A DNA stretch of 64,000 nt, from NCBI GenBank assembly GCA_965248535.1, contig CBDFJR010000005.1:864001-928000 (forward strand), in the 5' to 3' direction. Both the position numbers and the translations under genes were made by a program. This DNA comes from Phormidesmis sp. (GTDB lineage Bacteria > Cyanobacteriota > Cyanobacteriia > Leptolyngbyales > Leptolyngbyaceae). Positions 26,251 through 35,905 of this stretch are shown one piece after another; within the stretch, counting starts at the first letter, position 1; each line of letters opens with the position of its first letter. The notes under the pieces are model-generated. The model saw only the letters and a program-made list of their open reading frames with translations. It was not told the DNA's origin and made no database searches.

Positions 26251-26989
26251 CGTTAGAAGGTGCAACCTTTGACACCAACCGCAGCAAATTGTTGCCGAGC
26301 ACTAAACTCTCTTCGGCAGGAGATAACCCCAACAAACGAATCTTGTGGAGTTCAAGCGCCGGATGTAACCACGGGCCATCGGTGCCGAACAATACCTTAT
26401 GTGCGCCGCCTCTGCGGACTGCTTTGAGCAAATAATCAAACCGACGCACCCCAGAGCTATCGGTATAAACATTAGGCAGCCGGGCAATTTGATCAACGAC
26501 TCGAATGTGGGCTGACCAGTCATCTGCAAAGCTGCCCAAGTGGGGAACAATAAAGTTCACATCGGGATACTGAGGAGCCAGCAGATCAATGATTTCAGGT
26601 TTGCCAACCGGATCGTAGAGGACGGGTAGCCGGAACCTTTGAGCGACCTCGCAAACTTCGCGAGTGACTGGTGCATCGAGTCGATGGGCTTTGATGCCGC
26701 AAAACTTCCATTCAGTCACAGCTTGTTGAACGATCGCATGAATATGTCCCCGATCGCGCTGGGCATGAACAAATGCAAATCCCCAAAATCGCCCTGGATA
26801 CCTGGCAACAATGCGAGCAGTGTTAGCATTTGCTTCTGCATAGTTGCTGTGAAATGGAGAAAAGATCACCGTTTTGTGAATGCCTGCGTCCTGTGCTCGT
26901 TTCAGATAGGTCTCGATCGGGGCATCTGTGTTCCACGGCCCCGTTAACAAGTCGCCTTTTCCGGCATGACAATGACAATCGATAATCAT
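26219..26989 (-). CDS. Amidohydrolase_2-family metallohydrolase
   Basis: IIDCHCH, GIKAH, PHLG, VLFGTDGP, LGNN. Confidence 0.85.
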   Translation of the reverse strand: MIIDCHCHAGKGDLLTGPWNTDAPIETYLKRAQDAGIHKTVIFSPFHSNYAEANANTARIVARYPGRFWGFAFVHAQRDRGHIHAIVQQAVTEWKFCGIKAHRLDAPVTREVCEVAQRFRLPVLYDPVGKPEIIDLLAPQYPDVNFIVPHLGSFADDWSAHIRVVDQIARLPNVYTDSSGVRRFDYLLKAVRRGGAHKVLFGTDGPWLHPALELHKIRLLGLSPAEESLVLGNNLLRLVSKVAPSNVISTNEARLF

Positions 26990-28380
26990 GATCCATACTC
27001 CGCAAAGAATCGAATCACGGTTTCAATACCCCGGAAGACGTTAGATAAACTAATTTTCTCGTTGGGTGCGTGGATATCGTCATCGGGCAAGCCAAACCCT
27101 AGCAGCACGATCGGGACGCGCAACCGCCGATAGAGTTGTTCGACCAGAGGAATCGATCCGCCGCTCCGGGTGAACACGGGTAGAACACCCCAAGTTTGTT
27201 CAACAGCGCGAACCGCCGCCCGCATTACAGGACTGTCTTTAGGCAACAAAACTGGACGCGATCCGCTGGTTATTTTCAGCCGACTGTGAATGGCAGGATG
27301 ACTCAAAGTGTTCAGATAACGTTCCAACAGTTGAGCAATTTCTGTGGGTTCTTGATCAGGAACCAATCGCAAACTAAATCGAGCCATTCCTCGACTCGGA
27401 ATCACCGATTTTGCACCCGCTCCTGTGTAGCCGCCTGTCAGTCCGTTAATAGTCAGTGCGGGGCGAATTGTCATCCGCTCAACTAGGTTATAGCCAGGTT
27501 CACCCCAGCCCATCGGCACGTCAAGGTCAGCCAAGATTTGTTGGTTGCGTTTGCAGGCGCAGCGTAGTTGTTGCCGTTCTGTTGGGTGGAGATTTCTGAC
27601 TCGGTGATAAAAGCCAGGAATCGCCACTTTTCCGGTACGATCGTGCAATCCCGCTACCATTTCGCTCAACGCTTGTAATGGATTCAACACAGCGCCGCCA
27701 TAACGCCCCGAATGCAGATCATGTTTGGGGCCGCGCACTTCTAGCTCACCGTTGAGATTGCCCCGTAACCCATAGACAATCGAAGGTCTGCCGCGCCCTA
27801 GCATCTCGGTGTCTGAGACTAAGACAGCATTGGCTTGCAGTCGGTTGGCTTCGCGATCGAGAAACGCCGACAGATTGGGACTGCTAATTTCTTCTTCCCC
27901 TTCTAACCAAATTTTGAGATTTAACGGCAATCGTCCGGTGGTTCTCAAATAGCTTTCGATCGCTTTTAGGTGAACAAAGAACTGTCCTTTGTCGTCGCTG
28001 GCTCCTCTTGCAAATAAGTTGTCTCCAACAATAGTGGCTTTAAAAGGTGGAGTGCGCCATTCCTTTATAGGATCAACAGGCTGTACATCATAATGTCCAT
28101 ACAGCAATAACGTTGGCTTTGCCTCTGCCATTAACCAATCTGCATAGACACTGGGTGCGCCACCATTTACGCCAGCAATCACTTGCACATGATGTAATCC
28201 GATCTCCGATAGGTGTCGCGCTAACCAATGAGCACAGGCTTTAATATCTTTTCGGTGTTGCGGCAGAGCCGAAATAGTAGGAAAAGCGATCAGGTCAGAC
28301 AACTGGGAGAGCCAGCGCGATCGCTGCTCTGATTGCTGACTATAGCGGATCGGGTTGACCGTAATCGGTGAAGTCATCAT
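26986..28380 (-). CDS. M20-family dipeptidase/deacylase
   Basis: YGHYDVQP, RGASDDKG, EGEEE, DLHSG, HAPNE. Confidence 0.9.
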   Translation of the reverse strand: MMTSPITVNPIRYSQQSEQRSRWLSQLSDLIAFPTISALPQHRKDIKACAHWLARHLSEIGLHHVQVIAGVNGGAPSVYADWLMAEAKPTLLLYGHYDVQPVDPIKEWRTPPFKATIVGDNLFARGASDDKGQFFVHLKAIESYLRTTGRLPLNLKIWLEGEEEISSPNLSAFLDREANRLQANAVLVSDTEMLGRGRPSIVYGLRGNLNGELEVRGPKHDLHSGRYGGAVLNPLQALSEMVAGLHDRTGKVAIPGFYHRVRNLHPTERQQLRCACKRNQQILADLDVPMGWGEPGYNLVERMTIRPALTINGLTGGYTGAGAKSVIPSRGMARFSLRLVPDQEPTEIAQLLERYLNTLSHPAIHSRLKITSGSRPVLLPKDSPVMRAAVRAVEQTWGVLPVFTRSGGSIPLVEQLYRRLRVPIVLLGFGLPDDDIHAPNEKISLSNVFRGIETVIRFFAEYGS

Positions 28381-28381
28381 C

Positions 28382-29527
28382 TCAGGTCAGCAAACTTAAG
28401 GGAACAATGGTATCGCCTACCATCCAATAATCGGCAGCACCAGAAGATTTGAGTTCCACCATTGCAGCGTGAACACAGTTGGTTCCACGCGGAGTGTCAT
28501 CTGGGAATTTTTTATAGCCAAAGCCAACCGGATGCCATTCATATCGATCCATAAACCATAAATGCACCTGTCCCGATGCCCGATCGACTTCAAAATCAAG
28601 ACGGTCGATCGCGCCAAACGCAAATTCAAAATCTTTGACTGCATAATCGCCCCGGCTACCCTGGTGAAGCTTCGTAAACCCCGTGCGATGTTTTTTGATC
28701 AATGCTTTTAACTTGCTGCGAACCTTTGCATCTCGGCGAATCACCGCTTCTAGATCCACGGTCAGCGTCTTTCCGCCCCCTGTTAGATAATGGTCGAAAT
28801 GCTTTTTTGCCAGAGGCAGACCTGCGAGGACAGTTGCACCCGCAATTTGAGCAACTCGTGCAGGTTCAAAGAGCGCACAAGCACACTGCGAAGCGACTGC
28901 GGGCGGAAGACTGGTAATCTTTTTAGGATCTAAAAGCATCTGTTTGGCAGTGTCGCCACACTTTTTCCGGGAGTCTCGCTGAACTTCACTCCAGCGGCCC
29001 GTCGGCAAGTGATTGTGGTTCACTCCAGGAGTAAATTTTGTAACAAATGTTGTACCAGGTGGGCGCGTTTTGGGAGCTACTGGAGCAGGCTTTTTTCCAG
29101 AACGGCGGCGGTCAGCCAGAAAATTTGCAGCATCGCGAACCTGACCCGTAGCCTGTAGATCTCCCACGGGTTTGGGTAACACTCCCGTCATCACAACCGT
29201 CTTGGCATAATTGAGCCGAAGCCAATTGACCATTCCTGCATAGGAAGCAGCACGGCTCCATAGCTCGTTTAACTTAGCTGACCCTAAACTATCTAAGGCC
29301 CGCAGCAGTTCAGCCATGTTCAGCCCATTCAGGTTAAGAAAGGCACCTCTCCAATCTCCTGCGCTAACTGCATTCTCGAAGGCTCGGCGAACAGAACTAG
29401 GAACCGATTCATACTCCAGTTCAAAGGCTGCCTCATCTTCTGTTTGCCACTGAGAATAGGCATTGTTAGAACCAGATTGCTCTGAAATGAGCGGTGCCTC
29501 AAACAACCACTGACCTGTTTTGTTCAT
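28382..29527 (-). CDS. Hypothetical protein with WLFEAP/acidic leader
   Basis: 381-aa ORF with AGGAG RBS; N-terminus MNKTGQWLFEAP...NNAY...EDEAAFELEYE; body not recognised. Confidence 0.8.
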   Translation of the reverse strand: MNKTGQWLFEAPLISEQSGSNNAYSQWQTEDEAAFELEYESVPSSVRRAFENAVSAGDWRGAFLNLNGLNMAELLRALDSLGSAKLNELWSRAASYAGMVNWLRLNYAKTVVMTGVLPKPVGDLQATGQVRDAANFLADRRRSGKKPAPVAPKTRPPGTTFVTKFTPGVNHNHLPTGRWSEVQRDSRKKCGDTAKQMLLDPKKITSLPPAVASQCACALFEPARVAQIAGATVLAGLPLAKKHFDHYLTGGGKTLTVDLEAVIRRDAKVRSKLKALIKKHRTGFTKLHQGSRGDYAVKDFEFAFGAIDRLDFEVDRASGQVHLWFMDRYEWHPVGFGYKKFPDDTPRGTNCVHAAMVELKSSGAADYWMVGDTIVPLSLLT

Positions 29528-29580
29528 GATTTAACTCCTGATTGCTTTGGGTAACTCCAAAAGAATCGCAATGTTGTCCC

Positions 29581-30567
29581 TTAGCGATTCTGCAAAAATG
29601 AAGCAGCCCTGATGCGCGGCTGCCAATATCGAATCGGAACTTCGTTGTGAGACCCCGTTGCCGATCGGGTCACAAATACGTTGAGAAGCTTTTGGCGTTT
29701 TGCTTTGGCTTGCAGACTAACCGCCTGAGCTTTGGTGCTGCACGACGGTCTTTTGGGAGGCGGACAATCGATATTGATGTAATAAATGTAGAGGTTACTG
29801 GAGGGGTTTGTGGCGGCCCACCTTGCCCATCCGCTATCGTCGCCGCCATTGTAGGTGCAGTCAAATCCCCAACACTCCCGAATATTAGCGGCATACTTTT
29901 CCTTTGATAAAGCAATCTGCCGCATCGGTAGCCCACCGCCTGAATGACAGGCCAGAATAATCTTACCCACCCTCGGCGTTTGTCGCCCTTGGTGGGGCCC
30001 ATAAGCGCTGAGAGATGCGAGTATCTGATCGAGGTAAGCATCGAACCCGCCCGGTTGAACAAGCGTTCCGGCTTGCGATCGCGACCCCAAGGTCGGCGCA
30101 ACTAAAATGACATTTTTCCCACTGGCATTCAATTCTTCCCGCAGCCCAAAGAAGGGGTAAGCGGTGCGATTCCAGTACTGATTAATCGTCAAGTTAGAGG
30201 GGAAATAGCCCCGACCTGGCGCTTTTCCTCGAATCACGTTGTCTCTGTGATGACCCTGTAGATAGAGAATTAAATCCACGCTGTCGGTCGCTGAATAATT
30301 CTCAGGAATAAAAATTCCCGTCATGGGTCTGGGGCAGACGGGCGGAGCCTTCGGGCTGCTGGTCGTACAGCCGAGGTTGATGTCAACATAGAGGGTCGAG
30401 TTGAGCGGCGTTGATTCGGTGCTGATCAGGGTGGGAAGGGCGGGCAAGAGTGGGGGAGCTTCAAACAGCCATTCCTGTTCAGCCTCAAGGGTTCCATAAG
30501 GGTTGCTGTTGTGAATCGCTTCTGACGAGAACGGTGCCTCAAATAGCCAGGGGTGAAGAGTCTTCAT
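29581..30567 (-). CDS. Alpha/beta-hydrolase-like protein with doubled WLFEAP leader
   Basis: ILYLQGH, ILACHSGGG nucleophile elbow, GFD, late His (SHNEVP); WLFEAP occurs twice in the first 38 aa. Confidence 0.7.
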   Translation of the reverse strand: MKTLHPWLFEAPFSSEAIHNSNPYGTLEAEQEWLFEAPPLLPALPTLISTESTPLNSTLYVDINLGCTTSSPKAPPVCPRPMTGIFIPENYSATDSVDLILYLQGHHRDNVIRGKAPGRGYFPSNLTINQYWNRTAYPFFGLREELNASGKNVILVAPTLGSRSQAGTLVQPGGFDAYLDQILASLSAYGPHQGRQTPRVGKIILACHSGGGLPMRQIALSKEKYAANIRECWGFDCTYNGGDDSGWARWAATNPSSNLYIYYINIDCPPPKRPSCSTKAQAVSLQAKAKRQKLLNVFVTRSATGSHNEVPIRYWQPRIRAASFLQNR

Positions 30568-30576
30568 AGTTTTGCG

Positions 30577-31737
30577 CTAGGTCGGTGGATTATATTCCCA
30601 GTGCCAAGGTTCACGATCGTAGGGATAAAACCCAAAGGAGGCGGCATTTTGCACCAGCCATTGATAGGCAGAGGTTGCCCGCATCTTCTTCACGTTTTTA
30701 GAGCTAATGCCAAACCCTAGCCAGAGATCGATCGCTCGACCCGTCTGGTGCACACTTTTGCCGGGAGGTGCCACCCACTTGCGGGCTTCCGCTTCAGAGC
30801 CATAGCGCTTCAGCGCCGCGTCCCAAAGTTGCTTCTGATGGGCGACGCTGCGAAACCCTGAGACCAGTTCTAGAGTCGGGGCCGCTAATCCAGCGCTACG
30901 GGCTGCCTCCACTAGCAAAAGATAGGACTGAGCCGCCTGATCCAGCAGCAGAACTTTTTTGCCTCTGTAGCCCCGGACTTTGACGAGTCTCGATTCAGGA
31001 GGAATGGTAATCACCTTGACTCGACCACCGCCCGTTTCAGTCGTTTCTCTATTGCTGGAGTCGGATTGCTCAGACAACACCCCAACTTGGCGCAAATGGC
31101 GATCGATTTGGCGGCGATTTGCAACGGGCACTCGCTCCCACGCGGCTAAAAATTGATGCTGCCGCCCATCTTTGAGATAGCGAAGATAGCCAGTAGGGGT
31201 GATATGCCAGAGCCGGATGCCGCGGGCAGCATCCAGTTCTGTGCCGCCTGCCGCCCGCACTTCTGCAAAGAGTTCTGCATATTTTTGAATGGGGCGGGCA
31301 ATTTCTTCATGGGGAGTGCTGTCCCAAGGAGAGGCGGTTGAGGCCACCCCGCGCAGCGATCGCCAAGCTGCCCGATTAAACTGAAAGACTCCCCAAGCGC
31401 TGATAAACGGCTTTCCCTGCCGTTGGGCACTCGGTAAAGCATTGAAGATATTTGCCGGACGACCGAACATTGCCCCACTTTCAGTCTGGGCTAGATGTTT
31501 AACCGTCGTGACAAAGATTTCGCCTTGACCGTGCGATCGGGCCAGTCGATCAATAGGGAGTAATGCCGCATTGCTGCGACTGGTCAGCCGAGCATTGTTG
31601 GGTAATCCTGGCGGACGGCGTGATTTCCATTTCGGCCCATACTCTTTTCCAGGAACAACGGGATATGGACTGTTGTTTTTTTCAACAGGGGGCGAGACAA
31701 CGGGTGCTTCAAAGAGCCACTGGCTTTGCGTCTTCAT
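30577..31737 (-). CDS. WLFEAP leader + lysozyme/transglycosylase-like domain + M15B (VanY-like) peptidase
   Basis: C-terminal SGFRS..HQ..LW, APPGKSVHQTGRAIDL, EPWHWEY (M15B); N-terminal half has AQTES and WGVFQF, resembling transglycosylase ES/GLMQ motifs. Confidence 0.8.
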   Translation of the reverse strand: MKTQSQWLFEAPVVSPPVEKNNSPYPVVPGKEYGPKWKSRRPPGLPNNARLTSRSNAALLPIDRLARSHGQGEIFVTTVKHLAQTESGAMFGRPANIFNALPSAQRQGKPFISAWGVFQFNRAAWRSLRGVASTASPWDSTPHEEIARPIQKYAELFAEVRAAGGTELDAARGIRLWHITPTGYLRYLKDGRQHQFLAAWERVPVANRRQIDRHLRQVGVLSEQSDSSNRETTETGGGRVKVITIPPESRLVKVRGYRGKKVLLLDQAAQSYLLLVEAARSAGLAAPTLELVSGFRSVAHQKQLWDAALKRYGSEAEARKWVAPPGKSVHQTGRAIDLWLGFGISSKNVKKMRATSAYQWLVQNAASFGFYPYDREPWHWEYNPPT

Positions 31738-31799
31738 CGTTCAAACTCTCTCGTTGAAAGGGTGAGCCGTTTGCATTAAGCGGTGGATCAATCATTTAG

Positions 31800-32957
31800 T
31801 TACCCCACAACTCGCGGTGCAGGCATTAAGCCATTCGATCGGGCAAACACGGGATCTCGTCGAGCACCACTGGGCGGCGGGCCGGGCTGATAGACGTTCC
31901 GGGGTGGCGGAGTTGGGCGGCTGATCCGCATTCCTTCTTCACTAGAGAGCCATTCTTCAGAATATTCAGCAATGCGGTAGAGTAACGCCTCAAAATCTGT
32001 GCGGTTTTTCTTGAGCACAAACGGCTCGGCTAGCCAGCGAATAATCTCTCGTCCAGCTACGGCCATGCGGTTCATGGTGCTGGCGTGAACCGATTGACCA
32101 AAATATTGCCACAGCACGAGTTCAATCATTTCCCAGGCGTTGGCTGCCCCAAACTGAGCGCGCACATCGGGAGCTTCTAGAACCTTAAAGGCTTCGGCGA
32201 GAGATTGGCTAGTTTCGACTCGCAAGACGTTGATATAGCCATAGGAAGAGTTCTTTAAATTGTTGCGTAAATCTAACCCGGCTCGACGCACGATCGCCAT
32301 AGAGCCAAAGGTCGGATCAGTCGCATTTTGCCGAATCACTTCACTGATCCGTTTGTCGCGCCAAAACTTAGCGGTTTCCCCAATAAAGTGAGAAAAAAGC
32401 CCATGAAACTCAGGATTGAGCCGAGCACCCGGGCCCGGATCGCGCCCATAGCCCAAGACGCGGGCATAGGCTCGACGACGATCGCGCTGGTGGTAGCGCA
32501 AAATATTGTGCCGATCGAAGCGATAGAGTCCATAAGCGCCTTCGCCGTTAGAAATCCGCAGGGTTCCGGCTCGAAATAGCTCTTGCAGCTTGTGCATCAC
32601 TTTAAACACCCCCAACAGTTCATGAATAGCGAGGTAGTAAAGGTCGGCTGTAGCCAGGATACGATCGCTGGTCACGGTGTCGTCATAATCAGCCACCCCG
32701 GCCGAGACTTGGGTTTGTCCCAGATCAACAGGGGCATTGCTTCCCAAGCCAATCAGATCGGCGAGTCCGCCATCGGTCGGGGTTCCCTTGCCGTTTTGGG
32801 CGGCATCAAATTTGTTCACCTGGTCATCGACCATGCGGTTGAGAACTTCGGCCAGTTGGGGGTTGGCGACGAGTTCCGGGCCTAGGGCCTCAATGGTGTT
32901 TTGCAATAGTGCGGCAACGCGATCGTTGCGCTGATCATAATCTCGTGTGTTAGGCAT
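31800..32957 (-). CDS. Hypothetical protein (385 aa)
   Basis: Long ORF co-oriented within the operon; no family recognised; Pro-rich C-tail. Confidence 0.8.
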   Translation of the reverse strand: MPNTRDYDQRNDRVAALLQNTIEALGPELVANPQLAEVLNRMVDDQVNKFDAAQNGKGTPTDGGLADLIGLGSNAPVDLGQTQVSAGVADYDDTVTSDRILATADLYYLAIHELLGVFKVMHKLQELFRAGTLRISNGEGAYGLYRFDRHNILRYHQRDRRRAYARVLGYGRDPGPGARLNPEFHGLFSHFIGETAKFWRDKRISEVIRQNATDPTFGSMAIVRRAGLDLRNNLKNSSYGYINVLRVETSQSLAEAFKVLEAPDVRAQFGAANAWEMIELVLWQYFGQSVHASTMNRMAVAGREIIRWLAEPFVLKKNRTDFEALLYRIAEYSEEWLSSEEGMRISRPTPPPRNVYQPGPPPSGARRDPVFARSNGLMPAPRVVG

Positions 32958-33008
32958 AGCTCAATTTCTATCCTTCTAAAATCTCGATCGGTCAGAGGCT
33001 GTCAGTAG

Positions 33009-34418
33009 TTACTTAAAAGAATTAGAGAGTCCGGGGGATAGATCCGCCAGCACCTTGAGTTGGGAGAGTAACTCCCTGAGCGTTTGGTTGACCCGCTCAT
33101 AAGACAAGAGTTGCTTCAGTAATGGATTCCGCTCAAGTTGACTTCCTTCCCTCACATCGGCAGGGATACCAAACTGGATATAGTCCAAAATTAGACCAAT
33201 GACCCAAAACAGCGTGTCGGCTTGATCTGCAACAAACTCCAGCCCATATCGACCTGACGTTGCGAGGATATCAGGAGCCTCGATACTACTGAAGCGATCT
33301 ATCCAGTCAGTGAGGTCATTGACTGTGATTCTGGGCAGCACAAATTGAAGAGATAAGTCTTGACCCAAACCCAAGAACAGAGACTGATCTGGGAAATCCG
33401 ATAGGGTTGAAAATCGAGCCGACTCAGTTCGCCGTTCAGATTCGCTGAACCCGATCGAATCCATTGCTGCCATAAAGCTGGCATTGCTATCGGCAATCAC
33501 AGGCAACAAGACACTGGAACGAGAGAGCTTATCGCTGTAACTCCCTGACTCTTGCTCAGACACACTTGCTCCGAGATATTTCGTCCAAAAGCCGTTTAGC
33601 GTATCTACATAATTCTGAATCAACTCAAAAGCGGCAACTTGAGCTTCATCCTTGGTTGTCACGAGATTATCGACTAACCCAGTTCTAGTTAAAGAGCTTG
33701 TCCCTGGTTGCGATAGAGAAGCCAGCTTTGCTAGTTTGCCAAACTCTACAAGGTTTCTTTTTAGAGTGCTGAAGTAGATATCGACTCGACTGCGGCGGGG
33801 TTCATCCAATCGCCCAAACTCTTCAACTAGGCTCGTCATCTGGCTACGAACTAAAGCCCGTAGCGCTTCTACTGCATCTTGGTCAGCCGTTGGGTCAAAG
33901 GGAGCGATGCCTTCTAGCACTTGCAGAGCATCTGCCGTGATCAGGCTGGCTTGACGGTATAGATTTGCCTGTTCAACAGAGAGTTGCCCAATCAAGTCTG
34001 TACTATTGTTTCCATTGCCAGAGGTGGGAGCGTACATAGAAACAACGCTGCGGCTAGGCACGGTCACAATTTTGCCATCGGTTGCGCTGGGAAATGCGGT
34101 GTTTAGCGCACTCATGAATCCGTCAGAACCTCTTCCCGGTGACCGCCCTAATACTTGAGTCAAGGCGCGCTCCACCTGCCGTACTAGCAAATTTGTATTG
34201 CTTGTTGCACCCGTGCGAGCAATACCTTCCTCATAAGCAGTTGGCTCATTGTTTGCCTGTTGTCCCAAAAATTGAGCAATTTCAGCCAATTGTTGAGCCA
34301 CCTGATTGTCGGTATCTGGCAGCTTTTTTTGATAGAGCTTGTTAAGAAGGCGATTACGGAAGTCTTGAAGCTGTTGAAGTGTAAAGTCTTTTTGTTCTAG
34401 AAAAACTGGAAAAGCCAT
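33009..34418 (-). CDS. Hypothetical, largely helical protein
   Basis: Long ORF; start at ATG 34418 after a GAGG RBS; no family recognised. Confidence 0.78.
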   Translation of the reverse strand: MAFPVFLEQKDFTLQQLQDFRNRLLNKLYQKKLPDTDNQVAQQLAEIAQFLGQQANNEPTAYEEGIARTGATSNTNLLVRQVERALTQVLGRSPGRGSDGFMSALNTAFPSATDGKIVTVPSRSVVSMYAPTSGNGNNSTDLIGQLSVEQANLYRQASLITADALQVLEGIAPFDPTADQDAVEALRALVRSQMTSLVEEFGRLDEPRRSRVDIYFSTLKRNLVEFGKLAKLASLSQPGTSSLTRTGLVDNLVTTKDEAQVAAFELIQNYVDTLNGFWTKYLGASVSEQESGSYSDKLSRSSVLLPVIADSNASFMAAMDSIGFSESERRTESARFSTLSDFPDQSLFLGLGQDLSLQFVLPRITVNDLTDWIDRFSSIEAPDILATSGRYGLEFVADQADTLFWVIGLILDYIQFGIPADVREGSQLERNPLLKQLLSYERVNQTLRELLSQLKVLADLSPGLSNSFK

Positions 34419-34505
34419 TGTTATTAACCTCATCTACAGCATTAATCATTCACGAGTTGATTGGACTTATCCTACTCATTAGCCAGTCCGATCTTGGTGG
34501 TGTAC

Positions 34506-35855
34506 CTATCGCCTCCCTAAAATGCGATAGAAATTGTCGGTAATGGTTTGGGGGGTTGCAAGTTGACGGTCTAAGGCAAACCGAGCCGCACTGATCATGA
34601 ACCGAACCGGAACAGTGCCGGGATCTTGTCCGGCGGCCAGCCGTTGCCCCGCTAACTCCACCATTGCCATTTGCTTGGGCCCAAACTGCATCGCTTGAGC
34701 CAGAGATTGATTTCCAAACTGGCGGTAAGGCTGAAAAACCATTGTATCCACGACCATCTCAGCCGCCGGATAAAAGGTCTTCATAAACTCGGCAGGAATG
34801 TCGTTGGGCGTGACTTTAGGATAGAGCCGTTGCCAGACTCGCGTCAGATCCGCCGCCATTTTTTCAAACCCCATGCGGCGCAGCAAAATCAGGTTGATCA
34901 ACGTTCGCAGATAGGGAGTGGGATGCACAGACATGGCGCTAAAGCGAACGGTGCTGGACGGCGATCGCCCCACCACATCCATCAGTGATTCCACCGCAGC
35001 CGGGCCACCCAGAACCAAGGCAAACATATCAGCCATTGTTTCTTTGTGCCACAGCGCCCAGACTTGCGCCACATTGGTTGGAATGTTGCCCTCGGTGGTT
35101 AAACGCTGATAGATTCGAGCCGGAATTTCTTCCCACAAGCCTAAATCTGCCTGAAGATTGTGCGAGACTTCGTGCAAAATGCTCGACAGGGCCCACACAT
35201 TATCTAGCCGATGCTGAGGCAGCATAATCAGGGGAAAGGGATTGGGATTGCGCCGCAGCCGCATGATCGGCACCCCCCGTCGAAATGTGGCCGGACTGAA
35301 ACCACTGTTGGCATAGCTAAAGGGCAGCAAACTCGGAGTAGGTTGAGCAGTTCCTAGACCGACGTAGAGATCTTCATAGCAGTTGGCACAGATGCGATCG
35401 ACGGCCCGCAATCGTTCACCAAAGTTAGAAAGTCGCTGAATAAATAGATCGAAGTAAAAATCCCAAATGCCCTCGACATAAAGCACTCGGTTGCCGACCA
35501 CCTGCTTGCGCTCTAACAACACTTGAATGCGGCTAGAGGTTGGCTCACGGCGGGCTGCTGCTGCCGCTGCCTCGACCCAGCGCGATCGCTCAATCAACTG
35601 ACTGCGAAATTGGTCAATAAACCGATTCACCGCGTCAATATGGGCCTCACTCGGAGCCGCAACGCCTGTGCCAAACTCATCTTTGATGAATGGCCGCAGC
35701 GATTTTGCGTGACGGGTGAGATTAATCGACTGGATGTTGAGCCAGTTATCGAGCAAAAGATGTTCACCTGCGGTGGTTGCCCCTTTCATAACCTGAGCCG
35801 CAGATTTGGCATCGGCAGCAGGATGTTGCTTGGGTGGAGCAGAAGAATTTGCCAT
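34506..35855 (-). CDS. Putative zinc metallopeptidase (gluzincin-like)
   Basis: LHEVSH (HExxH) followed ~40 aa later by ETMAD (ExxAD), then HP. Confidence 0.65.
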   Translation of the reverse strand: MANSSAPPKQHPAADAKSAAQVMKGATTAGEHLLLDNWLNIQSINLTRHAKSLRPFIKDEFGTGVAAPSEAHIDAVNRFIDQFRSQLIERSRWVEAAAAAARREPTSSRIQVLLERKQVVGNRVLYVEGIWDFYFDLFIQRLSNFGERLRAVDRICANCYEDLYVGLGTAQPTPSLLPFSYANSGFSPATFRRGVPIMRLRRNPNPFPLIMLPQHRLDNVWALSSILHEVSHNLQADLGLWEEIPARIYQRLTTEGNIPTNVAQVWALWHKETMADMFALVLGGPAAVESLMDVVGRSPSSTVRFSAMSVHPTPYLRTLINLILLRRMGFEKMAADLTRVWQRLYPKVTPNDIPAEFMKTFYPAAEMVVDTMVFQPYRQFGNQSLAQAMQFGPKQMAMVELAGQRLAAGQDPGTVPVRFMISAARFALDRQLATPQTITDNFYRILGRR

Positions 35856-35905
35856 CGTCACAGCTTCCTAGTGAGGTGGGTGAAGCACAGCGGCCCTGAG
35901 AACGC

